Positions 49,360-59,549 are shown, counted from the first letter of the stretch. The stretch is DNA of 64,000 nucleotides from an uncultured Acetobacteraceae bacterium (GCA_964235495.1 CAXSAX010000005.1:35935-99934); one strand, 5' to 3'. The notes: generated by a model not told the origin, from the letters alone. Program-made: numbers and translations.

Positions 49360-50949
49360 ATGCACAGGACGGCGCTGCTCCTGCTGGCCGGCGTCGCGGT
49401 TCTTCCGGCCGGGCGCGCCGTGGCCAGGACCCTGGTCTATTGCTCGGAAGGCTCGCCCGAGAACTTCAACCCGATGATCAACACCACGGGCACCACGTTT
49501 GACGCCACCCGGCCGATCTACGGCCGCCTGGTCGAGTTTAAGCCCGGCACCACCGACCTGCAACCGGGGCTGGCCGAGAGCTGGGACATCGCCCCGGACG
49601 GCAAGGCCGTCACTTTTCACCTGCGCCACGGCGTGCACTGGCACAGCAACCCCGGCTTCAAGCCGACCCGGGACTTCAACGCCGACGACGTGCTGTTCTC
49701 GTTCAACCGCCAGGGCCGCGAGGACAGCCCGTTCCACAAGGTCTCCGGCGGAAGCTACGACTATTACGGCGACATGGGATTCCCAACCCTCATCAGCGCG
49801 CTCGACGCGGTGGACCCCTACACCGTCCGCTTCACCCTGCGCGAGCCGCAGGCGCCGTTCCTGGCGGACCTCGCGATGGACTTCGCCAGCATCCAGTCCG
49901 CCGAATACGCCGACACGCTGCTGCGCGCCGGCAAGCCGGAGCAGATCGACCAGGTGCCCATCGGCACCGGGCCGTTCAGCTTCCTGGCGTACCAGCGCGA
50001 TGCGGCCATCCGCTACCGCCGGTTCGACGGATACTGGGGCCCGAAGGCCAAGCTCGACGGCCTGGTGTTCTCCATCAACAAGGACCCGGCGGTGCGCCTG
50101 GCCAAGCTGCGCGCCGGCGAGTGCCAGATGATGGCCTACCCGTCGCCCGCCGACCTGCCCGGCATCAAGGCCGATCCCTCGCTGACCTTGCAGCAGCTGC
50201 CGGGGCTGAACGTCGGCTTCCTGGCCTTCAACGCCACCAGGAAGCCGTTCGACGACCGCCGGGTGCGCCAGGCGCTGAGCATGGCCATCGACAAGGACGC
50301 CATCCTGCGCGCCGTCTATCAAGGCGCGGGGGAGCCGGCGAAGAACCTGATCCCGCCCACCATGTGGTCCTACGACGCCGCCGTGCCGGACTACCCGCAC
50401 GACCCGGACGCCGCGAGGAAGCTGCTGGCCGAGGCCGGCTTCCCGGACGGCTTCGACACCGATCTGTGGGCGATGCCGGTGCAGCGCCCGTACAACCCGG
50501 ACGCCCGCCGGGTCGCCGAGCTGATGCAGGCGGACCTGGCCAAGGTCGGCGTGCGCGCCCGCATCGTCAGCTACGAATGGGGCGAGTACCGCAAGCGGCT
50601 GCAAGCCGGCGAGGCGCCGATGGCCGAGATGGGCTGGACCGGCGACAACGGCGACCCGGACAACTTCTTCACCCCGAACGCCAGCTGCGCTGCGGCCCGG
50701 ATGGGCGGCGGCAGCGTCTCCAAATGGTGCAACAAGGCGTTCGACGCGCTGATCCAGCAGGCCGCCCAGCTGCCGGACCAGGCTGCCCGCGCGAAGCTGT
50801 ACGAGCAGGCGCAGGTGGTCATGCACGACGAGGCGCCGTTCTTCCTCATCGCCCACTCCGTCACCTTCCAGCCGCTGCGCCGCGAGGTGACCGGCTTCGT
50901 GATGAGCCCGCTCGGCGTCCACTCGTTCGACCAAGTGGACCTGCAGTAG
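49360..50949 (+). CDS. dppA: Dipeptide ABC substrate-binding protein
   Basis: LVYCSEGSPENFNP, RDFNADDVLFSF, PIGTGPF, WAMPVQRPYNP, GWTGDNGDPDNF. Confidence 0.93.
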   Translation: MHRTALLLLAGVAVLPAGRAVARTLVYCSEGSPENFNPMINTTGTTFDATRPIYGRLVEFKPGTTDLQPGLAESWDIAPDGKAVTFHLRHGVHWHSNPGFKPTRDFNADDVLFSFNRQGREDSPFHKVSGGSYDYYGDMGFPTLISALDAVDPYTVRFTLREPQAPFLADLAMDFASIQSAEYADTLLRAGKPEQIDQVPIGTGPFSFLAYQRDAAIRYRRFDGYWGPKAKLDGLVFSINKDPAVRLAKLRAGECQMMAYPSPADLPGIKADPSLTLQQLPGLNVGFLAFNATRKPFDDRRVRQALSMAIDKDAILRAVYQGAGEPAKNLIPPTMWSYDAAVPDYPHDPDAARKLLAEAGFPDGFDTDLWAMPVQRPYNPDARRVAELMQADLAKVGVRARIVSYEWGEYRKRLQAGEAPMAEMGWTGDNGDPDNFFTPNASCAAARMGGGSVSKWCNKAFDALIQQAAQLPDQAARAKLYEQAQVVMHDEAPFFLIAHSVTFQPLRREVTGFVMSPLGVHSFDQVDLQ

Positions 50950-50953
50950 CGCC

Positions 50954-51958
50954 TTGCGCTCGCTGGCCCGCCGCCTGGCGCTGATCGTCCCCACGCTGCT
51001 GGGCGTCTCGCTGCTCGGCTTCCTGCTGGTGCACGCCGTGCCCGGCGACCCGGTGGAGGTCCGCACCGGCGAGCACGGCATCTCCCCCGAGCGCCTGGCC
51101 TATTTCCGCCACGAGCTGGGGCTGGACCAGCCGCTGTGGCGGCAGTTCCTGCACTACGAGGCGCAGCTGCTGCAAGGCGATTTCGGCCGCTCCCTGGTGA
51201 CGCAGGAGAGCGTGTGGACCGAGTTCACCACCTTCTTCCCCGCCACGGTGGAGCTGGGCCTGTGCGCCCTGGCCTTCGCCGTGCTGCTCGGGCTGCCGCT
51301 CGGCGTGGTGGCCGCGGTGCGCCGCGGCACGCCGCTGGACTACGGCCTGATCGGCGTCTCGGTCGTGGGCGCGTCCATGCCGATCTTCTGGCTGGGCCTC
51401 ATGGCGATCCTGGTGTTCTCCGTGGCGCTCGGCTGGACTCCGGTGTCCGGCCGCATCGACGACCTGTACTACGTGCAGCCCATCACCGGCTTCCTGCTGA
51501 TCGACAGCCTGTTCGACACGGACGACCCCGGCGCGTTCGCCTCCGCGGTGCGCCACCTGATCCTGCCCACCATCGTGCTCGGCACCATCCCGCTGGCCAC
51601 CATCGCCCGCATCACCCGCTCCGCCATGCTGGAGGTGCTGGGCGAGGACTACGTGCGCACCGCGCGGGCCAAGGGCCTCTCGCCGGCCCGGGTGGTGGTG
51701 GTGCACGCGCTGCGTAACGCGCTGATCCCCGTCGTCACGGTGCTGGGCCTGCAGGTCGGCACGTTGCTCGGCGGCGCCATCCTGACCGAGACGGTGTTCG
51801 CCTGGCCCGGCATCGGCCATTGGCTGGTGGATAGCGTGCAGCGCCGCGACTACAACGTCCTGCAAGGCGGCACGCTGCTGATCGCGGTGCTGGTGATGGC
51901 GGTGAACCTGGGCGTGGACGTGCTGTACGGCGTGCTGAACCCGCGGCTGCGGCGGTGA
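50954..51958 (+). CDS. dppB: Dipeptide ABC permease
   Basis: PGDPV, GLDQPLWRQ, FPATVEL, SMPIFWLGL, EDYVRTARAKG. Confidence 0.92.
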   Translation: MRSLARRLALIVPTLLGVSLLGFLLVHAVPGDPVEVRTGEHGISPERLAYFRHELGLDQPLWRQFLHYEAQLLQGDFGRSLVTQESVWTEFTTFFPATVELGLCALAFAVLLGLPLGVVAAVRRGTPLDYGLIGVSVVGASMPIFWLGLMAILVFSVALGWTPVSGRIDDLYYVQPITGFLLIDSLFDTDDPGAFASAVRHLILPTIVLGTIPLATIARITRSAMLEVLGEDYVRTARAKGLSPARVVVVHALRNALIPVVTVLGLQVGTLLGGAILTETVFAWPGIGHWLVDSVQRRDYNVLQGGTLLIAVLVMAVNLGVDVLYGVLNPRLRR

Positions 51959-52016
51959 ACGCCTCGCCAGACGCCGTCATGGCCGCGCCGCGCCGCCATA
52001 ATGATGGGGCAGGGAC

Positions 52017-52880
52017 GTGAGCGCCACCCTCCTCCGCACCCCCCGCTTCCCCTTCGCCCGCCGCCTGCTCGGCAGCCCCGGCGCACGGGCCGGCTTCATC
52101 GTCCTGCTCGTGCTCGTCGCCGTCGCCGCCGCCGCTCCCCTAGCGGCCCCGCACGGCCCCGCTGAGCAGTTCCGCGACTCCTTCCTCGCCCCGCCCTTCC
52201 AGCAGGCCGCGTTCCCGCTTGGCACCGACAGCCTCGGCCGCGACATGCTCAGCCGCCTCATCTACGGCGCGCGGCTCTCGCTGCTGATCGGCTCGGTCGT
52301 GGTGGCGCTGTCCCTCGCGTTCGGCACCCTGCTCGGCCTGGCCGCGGCCTTTGCCGGCGGCGTCGCGGACGTGCTTGTCATGCGGCTGATGGACGTGCTG
52401 CTGGTGTTCCCCTCCCTGCTGCTGGCCATCGTCGTGGTCGCCATCCTGGGGCCGGGCCTGACCAACGCCATGCTCGCCGTCGCCGTGGTGCAGCTGCCCG
52501 GCTACGTCCGCCTCGCCCGCGCCGCAGCCCTGGGCGAGCTGGCGCGGGACTACGTGGCCGCCACCCGCGCCGCCGGCGCCGGCACGTTGCGGCTGATGCT
52601 GCTGGTGGTGCTGCCGAACTGCCTGGCGCCGCTCATCGTGCAGGCCACGCTCGGCTTTTCCTCGGCCATCCTGGACGCCGCCGCCCTCGGCTTCCTCGGC
52701 CTGGGCGCGCAGCCGCCGACGCCGGAATGGGGCACCATGCTGGCCGACGCGCTGCAATTCTACCAGCGCGCCTGGTGGCTGCTGACCTTCCCGGGCCTCG
52801 CCATCCTGGCGACCGTCATGGCATTCAACCTGCTGGGGGACGGGCTGCGCGACGCGCTGGACCCGAAGCTGCGGAGGTGA
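52017..52880 (+). CDS. dppC: Dipeptide ABC permease
   Basis: LGTDSLGRDMLSRLIYGAR, PTPEWGTML, NLLGDGLRDALDP. Confidence 0.92.
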   Translation: MSATLLRTPRFPFARRLLGSPGARAGFIVLLVLVAVAAAAPLAAPHGPAEQFRDSFLAPPFQQAAFPLGTDSLGRDMLSRLIYGARLSLLIGSVVVALSLAFGTLLGLAAAFAGGVADVLVMRLMDVLLVFPSLLLAIVVVAILGPGLTNAMLAVAVVQLPGYVRLARAAALGELARDYVAATRAAGAGTLRLMLLVVLPNCLAPLIVQATLGFSSAILDAAALGFLGLGAQPPTPEWGTMLADALQFYQRAWWLLTFPGLAILATVMAFNLLGDGLRDALDPKLRR

Positions 52881-53866
52881 GCGCTCCTGGGAGCCTGCTG
52901 GACGTTCAAGGGCTTTGCGTCAGCTTCGATACCGCCGCCGGGTGCTTTCCCGCCGTGGAAGGGGTGGGCCTGGCCGTCTCGGAAGGCGAGGTGCTGTGCG
53001 TGGTCGGCGAGTCGGGCTCGGGCAAGAGCGTGTCCGTGCTGGCCGTCATGGGTCTGCTGCCCGCAACCGCGCACATCGCCGCCGAGCGGGTCGCCTTCCG
53101 CGGCGCCGAGCTGCGCGGCCTCTCCGCCCCGGCCCGCCGCCGCCTGGTCGGGCGCGACATGGCGATGGTGTTCCAGGAGCCCACCACCTCGCTCAACCCG
53201 TGCTACACCATCGGCTGGCAGATCGCCGAAGCGCTGCGCGCCCACGCCGCCGTGCCCCGCGCCCAGCGCCAGGCCCGGGTGCGCGAGCTGCTCGGCCAGG
53301 TCGGCATGCCCGCGCCCGAGGAGCGGATGCGCGCCTACCCGCACCAGCTCTCCGGCGGGCTGAACCAGCGCGCCATGATTGCCATGGCCATCGCCTGCGG
53401 CCCGGCGCTGCTGATCGCCGACGAGCCCACCACGGCGCTGGACGTGACGGTGCAGCAAGGCGTGCTCGACCTGCTGGTCAGCCTGCAGCGCGACCGCGGC
53501 ATGGGCCTGGTGCTCATCACCCACGACATGGGCGTGGTGGCGCAGACGGCGCAGCGCGTGCAGGTGATGTACGCCGGCCAGGTGATGGAGGAGCAGCCGG
53601 CCGCCGCCCTGTTCGCCCACCCGCGCCACCCCTACACCGCCGCCCTGCTGGACGCGCTGCCGGAACGGGCGGAGGGCCAGCCGCGGCTGCCCACCATTCC
53701 CGGCCTGGTTCCCGGCATCGCCGACCGCCCCGCCGGCTGCCTGTTCGCCCCGCGCTGCCGCCACCGCACCGCCCGCTGCGACGCCGAGCGCCCCGCGCTG
53801 GTGCGCGGCGCACGCTGCCACTACCCGCTGGACGCCGCCGGCCAACCGACGGGCTGGCCCGGATGA
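52877..53866 (+). CDS. dppD: Dipeptide ABC ATP-binding protein
   Basis: [31 protein letters not shown] overlap. Confidence 0.9.
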   Translation: MSAPGSLLDVQGLCVSFDTAAGCFPAVEGVGLAVSEGEVLCVVGESGSGKSVSVLAVMGLLPATAHIAAERVAFRGAELRGLSAPARRRLVGRDMAMVFQEPTTSLNPCYTIGWQIAEALRAHAAVPRAQRQARVRELLGQVGMPAPEERMRAYPHQLSGGLNQRAMIAMAIACGPALLIADEPTTALDVTVQQGVLDLLVSLQRDRGMGLVLITHDMGVVAQTAQRVQVMYAGQVMEEQPAAALFAHPRHPYTAALLDALPERAEGQPRLPTIPGLVPGIADRPAGCLFAPRCRHRTARCDAERPALVRGARCHYPLDAAGQPTGWPG

Positions 53867-54825
53867 CGGTGCTGGAAGCCGTGGCGGTGACCCGGCACTA
53901 CCCGGTGGCGGGCCGCCGGGTGCTGAAGGCGGTCGATGGCGTGTCCTTCCAGTTGCAGGCCGGCCGCACCCTGGCGGTGGTGGGCGAGTCCGGCTGCGGC
54001 AAGTCCACCCTGGCCCGGCTGTGCACCCTGCTGGAGCCGCCCACCGCCGGCCGCATCGCCATCAAGGGCCAGCCCACGGCGGCGGACCGGACGCTGCAAC
54101 TGCAGAACCAGATGGTGTTCCAGAACCCGTACGGCTCGCTCAACCCCCGCCGCACGGTGGGCGCCGCGCTGATGGAGCCGCTCGCCATCAACCGCCGCGG
54201 CACCCGGCGCGAGCGGGCGGCCGAGGCGCGCGCCATGCTGGACCGCGTGGGTCTGCGGCCCGACGCGTTCGACCGCTACCCGCACATGTTCAGCGGCGGC
54301 CAGCGCCAGCGCGTCGCCATCGCCCGCGCCTTGATGCTGCGCCCGGCCGTGGTGACGGCGGACGAGCCGGTCAGCGCGCTCGACCTGTCGGTGCAGGCGC
54401 AGGTGCTCAACCTGCTGCGCGACCTGCAGGACGAGCTGGGCATTGCCTACCTGTTCATCAGCCACGACATCGCCGTGGTCCGCCACATGGCGCAGGACGT
54501 GCTGGTGATGTACTGCGGCCGCCCGGCGGAGCAGGGCAGCCGCGCCGCCGTGCTGGACCGCCCGCTGCACCCCTACACCCGGATGCTGCTCGCCTCGACC
54601 CCGTTCGTGGACCCGGCGCGCCGCATCGCCAGCCCCCCCGTCCGCGGCGAGCTGCCATCCCCCGTGGACCCGCCCCCCGGCTGCGCCTTCGCCAGCCGCT
54701 GCCCGCACGTCCAGGAACGCTGCCTGGCCGAGCGCCCGGCGTTGCGCCCCGTGCAGGACCGCCTGGTGGCCTGCCACTTCGCCGAAAGCATCGCGCCCCT
54801 TGCTTCCCCTTCTCCCCACGGGTGA
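53863..54825 (+). CDS. dppF: Dipeptide ABC ATP-binding protein
   Basis: [37 protein letters not shown] overlap. Confidence 0.9.
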   Translation: MTVLEAVAVTRHYPVAGRRVLKAVDGVSFQLQAGRTLAVVGESGCGKSTLARLCTLLEPPTAGRIAIKGQPTAADRTLQLQNQMVFQNPYGSLNPRRTVGAALMEPLAINRRGTRRERAAEARAMLDRVGLRPDAFDRYPHMFSGGQRQRVAIARALMLRPAVVTADEPVSALDLSVQAQVLNLLRDLQDELGIAYLFISHDIAVVRHMAQDVLVMYCGRPAEQGSRAAVLDRPLHPYTRMLLASTPFVDPARRIASPPVRGELPSPVDPPPGCAFASRCPHVQERCLAERPALRPVQDRLVACHFAESIAPLASPSPHG

Positions 54826-54850
54826 GGGGCCTTGGCCCCCCAAACCCGCC
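54806..54850. repeat. Degenerate palindromic repeat fragment overlapping the dppF stop
   Basis: CCCCTTCTCCCCACGGGTGAGGGGCCTTGGCCCCCCAAACCC contains the perfect hairpin GGGGCC-TT-GGCCCC. Confidence 0.4.
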
Positions 54851-54867
54851 CCCTTACAACCCCGGGC

Positions 54868-55857
54868 ATGAAACCCGCCATCATCGGCCTGTCCGGCCCC
54901 GAGCTGACGGCGGACGAAGCCGCCCTGCTGCGTGAGCACCGCCCCGCCGGCGTCATCCTGTTCGCCCGCAACATCCAGCACCCGGCGCAGCTCGCGGCGC
55001 TGACGGCCCATCTCGCCCGCCTGCTGCCACCCTTGGCCGTCATCATGGTGGACCAGGAGGGCGGCCGGGTCGCCCGGCTGCGCCCGCCGCACTGGCTGGC
55101 GCACCCCGCCGCCGCCCGCCTTGGCGCGCTGCATGATGCGGACCGCCCCGCCGGGCTGCGCGCCGCCTGGCTCACCGGGGCGCTGATCGGCCTGGAGGCC
55201 GCGGCCGCCGGGTTCGACGTGGCATGTGCCCCCGTGCTCGACCGCGCGGTCGAAGGGGCGGACGCGGTGATCGGCGATCGGGCCTACTCGGCCGATCCCG
55301 GCGTGGTCGGCGACATGGCCGCCGCCGCCGCAGCCGGGATCATGGCGGCGGGCGTGCAGCCGGTCGGCAAGCACTGCCCCGGCCATGGCCGCGCCACGCT
55401 GGACAGCCACGCCGGGCTGCCCCGCCTGGCGGACATCGACGACGCCGACCTGGTTCCGTTCGCGCGGTGCGCCCATCTGCCTTGGATGATGACCGCCCAT
55501 ATCGTCTATGCCGCGCAGGACGCCGCCCGTCCCGCCACCCAATCTGCCGCCATCATCGCCGCCACCATCCGCGGCCAGCTCGGCTTCGAGGGCGTGCTGG
55601 TCAGCGACGACCTGGGCATGGGCGCGCTGTCCGGCTCCCCGGCCGAGCGGGCCACGGCCGCGCTGGCCGCCGGCTGCGACCTCGCGCTGCACTGCTCAGG
55701 CGTGCTGGCCGATTCCGCGGGGATGCTCGCCGCGTGCCCGCCCGCCACCGACGACGCCCTCGGCCGCATGCGCGCCGCCCTGTTCCTCGCCCAGCGCTCC
55801 CGCCAGGCGCTCGACCCGGCGGCGCTGCTGGCCGAGCGGGACGGCTTGCTGGCATGA
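54868..55857 (+). CDS. nagZ: Beta-N-acetylhexosaminidase (GH3)
   Basis: GVILFARN, VDQEGGRVARL, GKHCPGHG...DSH, VLVSDDLGM. Confidence 0.93.
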   Translation: MKPAIIGLSGPELTADEAALLREHRPAGVILFARNIQHPAQLAALTAHLARLLPPLAVIMVDQEGGRVARLRPPHWLAHPAAARLGALHDADRPAGLRAAWLTGALIGLEAAAAGFDVACAPVLDRAVEGADAVIGDRAYSADPGVVGDMAAAAAAGIMAAGVQPVGKHCPGHGRATLDSHAGLPRLADIDDADLVPFARCAHLPWMMTAHIVYAAQDAARPATQSAAIIAATIRGQLGFEGVLVSDDLGMGALSGSPAERATAALAAGCDLALHCSGVLADSAGMLAACPPATDDALGRMRAALFLAQRSRQALDPAALLAERDGLLA

Positions 55858-55867
55858 AAACGCCCCG

Positions 55868-56569
55868 ATGAGCACACCCTGGCTCGACATCGCCGTCACC
55901 GTGGCCGCCGCCATCGGCGCCATCACCCTGCACGAGGCCGCTCACGGCATCGCCGCCTGGGGGCTGGGCGACGACACCGCCAAGCGGCTCGGCCGGCTGT
56001 CGCTCAATCCGGTGCGCCACATAGACCGGTTCGGCACCATCCTGCTGCCGGGCTTCCTGCTGATCTCCCAATTGCTCACCATCCACCACGTCGCCTTCAT
56101 GTTCGGCTGGGCCAAGCCGGTGCCGGTGGACGCCGGCCGCTTCCGCCACCCGCGGCAGGACATGGCGCTGGTCGCCGCCGCCGGCCCCGCCATGAACTTC
56201 CTGCTCGCCTGGCTCTCCGCCCTGGCGCTGAACCTGACCGACCAGTGGCCGGGGCAGGGCGGCGACCTGGCCGTCAACTTCCTTGAGATGTTCATCCTGA
56301 CCAACCTGGTGCTCGGCCTGTTCAACCTGCTGCCGATCCCTCCGCTCGACGGCGGCCGCATCGTGGTGGGTGTGCTGCCGGCCGGGCTCGCGATGCGCTG
56401 GGCGCGGATGGAGCGGGCGGGCCTGGTCCTCGTGCTGCTGGGCGTGTTCCTGCTGCCGCAGCTGCTCGCCCAGTTCGGCATCGCGTTCAACCCGGTGGGC
56501 GCTGCGCTGGACGACGTCATCCCCCGCGCCCAGGACCTGGTCATGCGCCTCGCCGGCCGCGATGGCTGA
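55868..56569 (+). CDS. Site-2 protease (M50) family protein
   Basis: HEAAH zinc motif, GRLSLNPVRHID, FGWAKPVPV, FNLLPIPPLDGG. Confidence 0.92.
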   Translation: MSTPWLDIAVTVAAAIGAITLHEAAHGIAAWGLGDDTAKRLGRLSLNPVRHIDRFGTILLPGFLLISQLLTIHHVAFMFGWAKPVPVDAGRFRHPRQDMALVAAAGPAMNFLLAWLSALALNLTDQWPGQGGDLAVNFLEMFILTNLVLGLFNLLPIPPLDGGRIVVGVLPAGLAMRWARMERAGLVLVLLGVFLLPQLLAQFGIAFNPVGAALDDVIPRAQDLVMRLAGRDG

Positions 56570-57314
56570 CGCGGCCCGCCTGGAGCTGCAGCTGGACGGG
56601 TTCGAGGGGCCGCTCGACCTGCTGCTCGACCTCGCCCGGGCGCAGAAGGTCGATCTGGCCAGGATTTCCATCCTGCAGCTGGTGGAGCAGTTCCTCCTGG
56701 CGGTGGATGGCGCGCGCCGGGTGCGGCTGGAGCTGGCGGCGGACTGGCTGGTGATGGCGGCCTGGCTGACCTGGCTGAAATCCCGCCTGCTGCTGCCGGA
56801 CGACGCGCCGGACGCCGAGGAGGGCCTGGAGGCCGCTGACGCGCTGGCCGCCCGCCTGCTGGAGCTGCAGCATGTCCGCGCCGCCGCCGCCTGGCTCGAC
56901 GGCCGCCCGGCGCTGGGCCGCGACGTGTGGGCGAGGGGCGAGGCGGAGTCGCTCACCGAGCTGGACCGCTCCGGCCTGGCCGCCGACACGGCGGGGCTGC
57001 TGCGCGCCTACCTGGCCGCCATCCGCCGCGGCGCCGGCCGCCGCCGCTACCGCCCTGCCGGCGCCCCCCTGTGGAGCGTGCAGGACGCGCTCGGCCGCCT
57101 GGCCGCCATGCTCGGCCAGGCCCCCGGCTGGACCTTGCTGGAGCGGTTCCTGCCCGAGCTGCCGCCCGATCCGCTGGCCCGCCGCGCTGCCACCGCCGCC
57201 ACCCTGCTCGCCGGGCTGGAGCTGGTGCGGGACGGCCAGGCCCGGCTGCGGCAGGAGCAGCCATTCGGCCCCATCCTGTTCGCCAGCGAAGTTTCCAGAG
57301 AAACACATGGATGA
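56562..57314 (+). CDS. scpA: Segregation/condensation protein A
   Basis: LDGFEGPLDLLLDLAR, AADWLVMAAWLTWLKSRLLLP, RQEQPFGPI. Confidence 0.95.
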   Translation: MADAARLELQLDGFEGPLDLLLDLARAQKVDLARISILQLVEQFLLAVDGARRVRLELAADWLVMAAWLTWLKSRLLLPDDAPDAEEGLEAADALAARLLELQHVRAAAAWLDGRPALGRDVWARGEAESLTELDRSGLAADTAGLLRAYLAAIRRGAGRRRYRPAGAPLWSVQDALGRLAAMLGQAPGWTLLERFLPELPPDPLARRAATAATLLAGLELVRDGQARLRQEQPFGPILFASEVSRETHG

Positions 57315-57897
57315 AGCCCACCTGCGCCTGGCCGAGGCCCTGGTGTTCTCCAGCGCCGAGCCGGTGCCCACCCGCGCCTTGCAGCAAGTGCTGCCGCCCG
57401 AGGCGGATGCCGCCGCCGTGCTGGCCGCCCTGCGCGACCGGCTGGACGGCCGCGGCGTGACCCTGGTGGAGGTGGCGGGCGGCTGGCAGGTCCGCACCGC
57501 GGCGGACCTGGCGCCGCTGCTGCGCCGGGTCGTGCGGCAGCCCCGGCGCTTGCCGCGGGCCGCGATGGAGACGCTGGCCATCATCGCCTACCACCAGCCG
57601 GTAACCCGGCCGGAGATCGAGGACATGCGCGGCGCCAGCCTGTCGCAGCAGACGATGGACGCGCTGCTGGAAGTTGGCCTGATCGCCGCGGCCGGCCGCC
57701 GTGAGGCGCCGGGTCGGCCGACATTGTGGGCCACCACGCCTGGCTTCCTCGCCCAGTTCGCCCTGCGGGACCTGCGGGACCTGCCCAAGCGCGAGGACCT
57801 GCTGGTCGAGCCGCCGTCCGCGCTGCCCGCGGCACCTGAGCCCGCGATGCACCCCACGGTGCATCCCACCCTGGGTCCCGACGGTTTCCCACCCTAG
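57307..57897 (+). CDS. scpB: Segregation/condensation protein B
   Basis: AEALVFSS, LPRAAMETLAIIAYHQPVTRPEIEDMRG, GRPTLWATT. Confidence 0.95.
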   Translation: MDEAHLRLAEALVFSSAEPVPTRALQQVLPPEADAAAVLAALRDRLDGRGVTLVEVAGGWQVRTAADLAPLLRRVVRQPRRLPRAAMETLAIIAYHQPVTRPEIEDMRGASLSQQTMDALLEVGLIAAAGRREAPGRPTLWATTPGFLAQFALRDLRDLPKREDLLVEPPSALPAAPEPAMHPTVHPTLGPDGFPP

Positions 57898-57936
57898 ATA
57901 GGCCATGCTACAGGCTGGTTCGGGAGTGCGGCTGCT

Positions 57937-58452
57937 ATGTTCGATTTTGCCTGGTCCGAGATCGCCCTGATCGGCGCGGTGGCGCTCGTCCTGATCGGGC
58001 CCAAGGACATGCCGGTCGCCATCAAGGCCATCACCACGGCGATCAAGAGGGCGCGCAAGATGGCGGCGGAGTTCCAGGGCCACGTGGACGAGATGGTCCG
58101 CGAGGCCGACCTGCACGAGGTGCGCGACCAGGTGCGCGAAATCCGCTCCATGGACCTCCGCGGCGCGCTCACCCGTGCCGTGGACGGCGACGGCACGCTC
58201 CGCAAGGCCTTGCAGGACCCGATCCGTACGCCGCCCCCGGTCGTGACCACGCCGGTCGAGGCCTTGCCTGAGCACACCATCGCCGCCCCTGCCGAGGCCG
58301 GGCCGGTTGCTCCGGTGCCCAAGCCGGCCGAGGGGATCGTGGCCCGGGAAGCCGTGCCGCCCGCCTCCATCCCGCCCGCTTCCGTCGCGCCCGCCTTCGT
58401 TCCCCCGGCTGCGGCCGAGGCAGCGGCTCCGGCGCAGGCCCACGACGCCTAG
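57937..58452 (+). CDS. tatB: Twin-arginine translocase subunit B
   Basis: MFDFAWSEIALIGAVALVLIGPKDMP, with a Pro/Ala-rich tail. Confidence 0.93.
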   Translation: MFDFAWSEIALIGAVALVLIGPKDMPVAIKAITTAIKRARKMAAEFQGHVDEMVREADLHEVRDQVREIRSMDLRGALTRAVDGDGTLRKALQDPIRTPPPVVTTPVEALPEHTIAAPAEAGPVAPVPKPAEGIVAREAVPPASIPPASVAPAFVPPAAAEAAAPAQAHDA

Positions 58453-58454
58453 CC

Positions 58455-59246
58455 ATGTCCTCCGCCGCCGGGAAGCCCGAAGACACCATCAACGACACGC
58501 CTATGCCGCTCATGGCGCACCTGCTGGAGCTGCGCCGCCGGCTGATGTGGGCCGGGCTGTCGTTCTTCGTCTGCTTCGCGGTGTGCTACCATTTCTCGAC
58601 GCAGATCTACTCGTTCCTGGCGCAGCCGCTGGCCGACATCCTGCAATCCCGCTCCGGCCAGGACCGCCGGCTGATCTACACGGCGCTGTACGAGGCGTTC
58701 TTCACCTACCTGAAGGTGGCGCTGTTCGGCGGTGCGTTCCTGGCATTCCCGGTGATCGCGACGCAGCTCTACATGTTCGTGGCGCCGGGCCTGTACCGCA
58801 GCGAGAAGCGCGCCTTTCTGCCGTTCCTGATTGCGACGCCCGTGCTGTTCGTCATGGGCGCGGCGCTGGCGTATTATTTCGTGTTTCCCGTGGCCTGGCG
58901 CTTCTTTCTCTCGTTCGAGACGCCGAACGGCGCGGGCGGCCTGCCGATCGAGCTGCAAGCCAAGGTGGGCGAATACCTCGACCTGGTGATGAAGCTGATC
59001 TTCGCCTTCGGCATCGCCTTCCAGCTGCCGGTGCTGCTGACGCTGCTGGCCAAGGTCGGCATCGTGACGCAGGCCGGGCTGCGCAAGATGCGGCGTTACG
59101 CCTATGTCGGCATGTTCGTGGTCGCTGCGATCCTGACGCCGCCCGACGTGATCACCCAGTGCGGCTTGGCGCTGCCGCTGATCGCGCTCTACGAGGTCTC
59201 GATCATCGCGGCCGGGCTGGTGGCGAAGAAGCCGGTGGAGGCGTGA
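58455..59246 (+). CDS. tatC: Twin-arginine translocase subunit C
   Basis: MPLMAHLLELRRRL, FVAPGLYRSEK, FQLPV, ILTPPD. Confidence 0.96.
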   Translation: MSSAAGKPEDTINDTPMPLMAHLLELRRRLMWAGLSFFVCFAVCYHFSTQIYSFLAQPLADILQSRSGQDRRLIYTALYEAFFTYLKVALFGGAFLAFPVIATQLYMFVAPGLYRSEKRAFLPFLIATPVLFVMGAALAYYFVFPVAWRFFLSFETPNGAGGLPIELQAKVGEYLDLVMKLIFAFGIAFQLPVLLTLLAKVGIVTQAGLRKMRRYAYVGMFVVAAILTPPDVITQCGLALPLIALYEVSIIAAGLVAKKPVEA

Positions 59247-59251
59247 CGGGC

Positions 59252-59449
59252 TTAGTGCCCGATCGCGCGGAGGATGAGCGTGGCCACGCCGATGAGCGCG
59301 GCCATGACACCGGCCCCAGCACCGGCCGCAACAGCCATGGCTTTCCATGGCTCCCACCGAACTTGGGTTTCGAAGTGTCTGATCTGAATGGGCATAAGCT
59401 CCATCCTCATCTCGTGCTCTAAGAGTTCCTGGTCGGCACTCAGCGGCAT
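59252..59449 (-). CDS. Small membrane protein, 65 aa (RWE + TM helix family)
   Basis: MPLSADQELLEHEMRMELMPIQIRHFETQVRWEPWK followed by a ~25-aa hydrophobic stretch. Similar to 3957..4331. Confidence 0.7.
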   Translation of the reverse strand: MPLSADQELLEHEMRMELMPIQIRHFETQVRWEPWKAMAVAAGAGAGVMAALIGVATLILRAIGH

Positions 59450-59549
59450 GGTCTAAGATAACACATTGCCCACTAAGCTGCATTAGCGCTCGCCTTGACC
59501 AGGTGGTGCCGCCGGTTCAAACGCCTGACGCCGGTGCTGTTGCAACCCT

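Noticed and set aside
51960-52016. CGTCATGGCCGCGCCGCGCCGCCAT between dppB and dppC, resembling the missing arm of the REP-like repeat
   Set aside because: Only a 5-bp stem and partial similarity, too weak to call.
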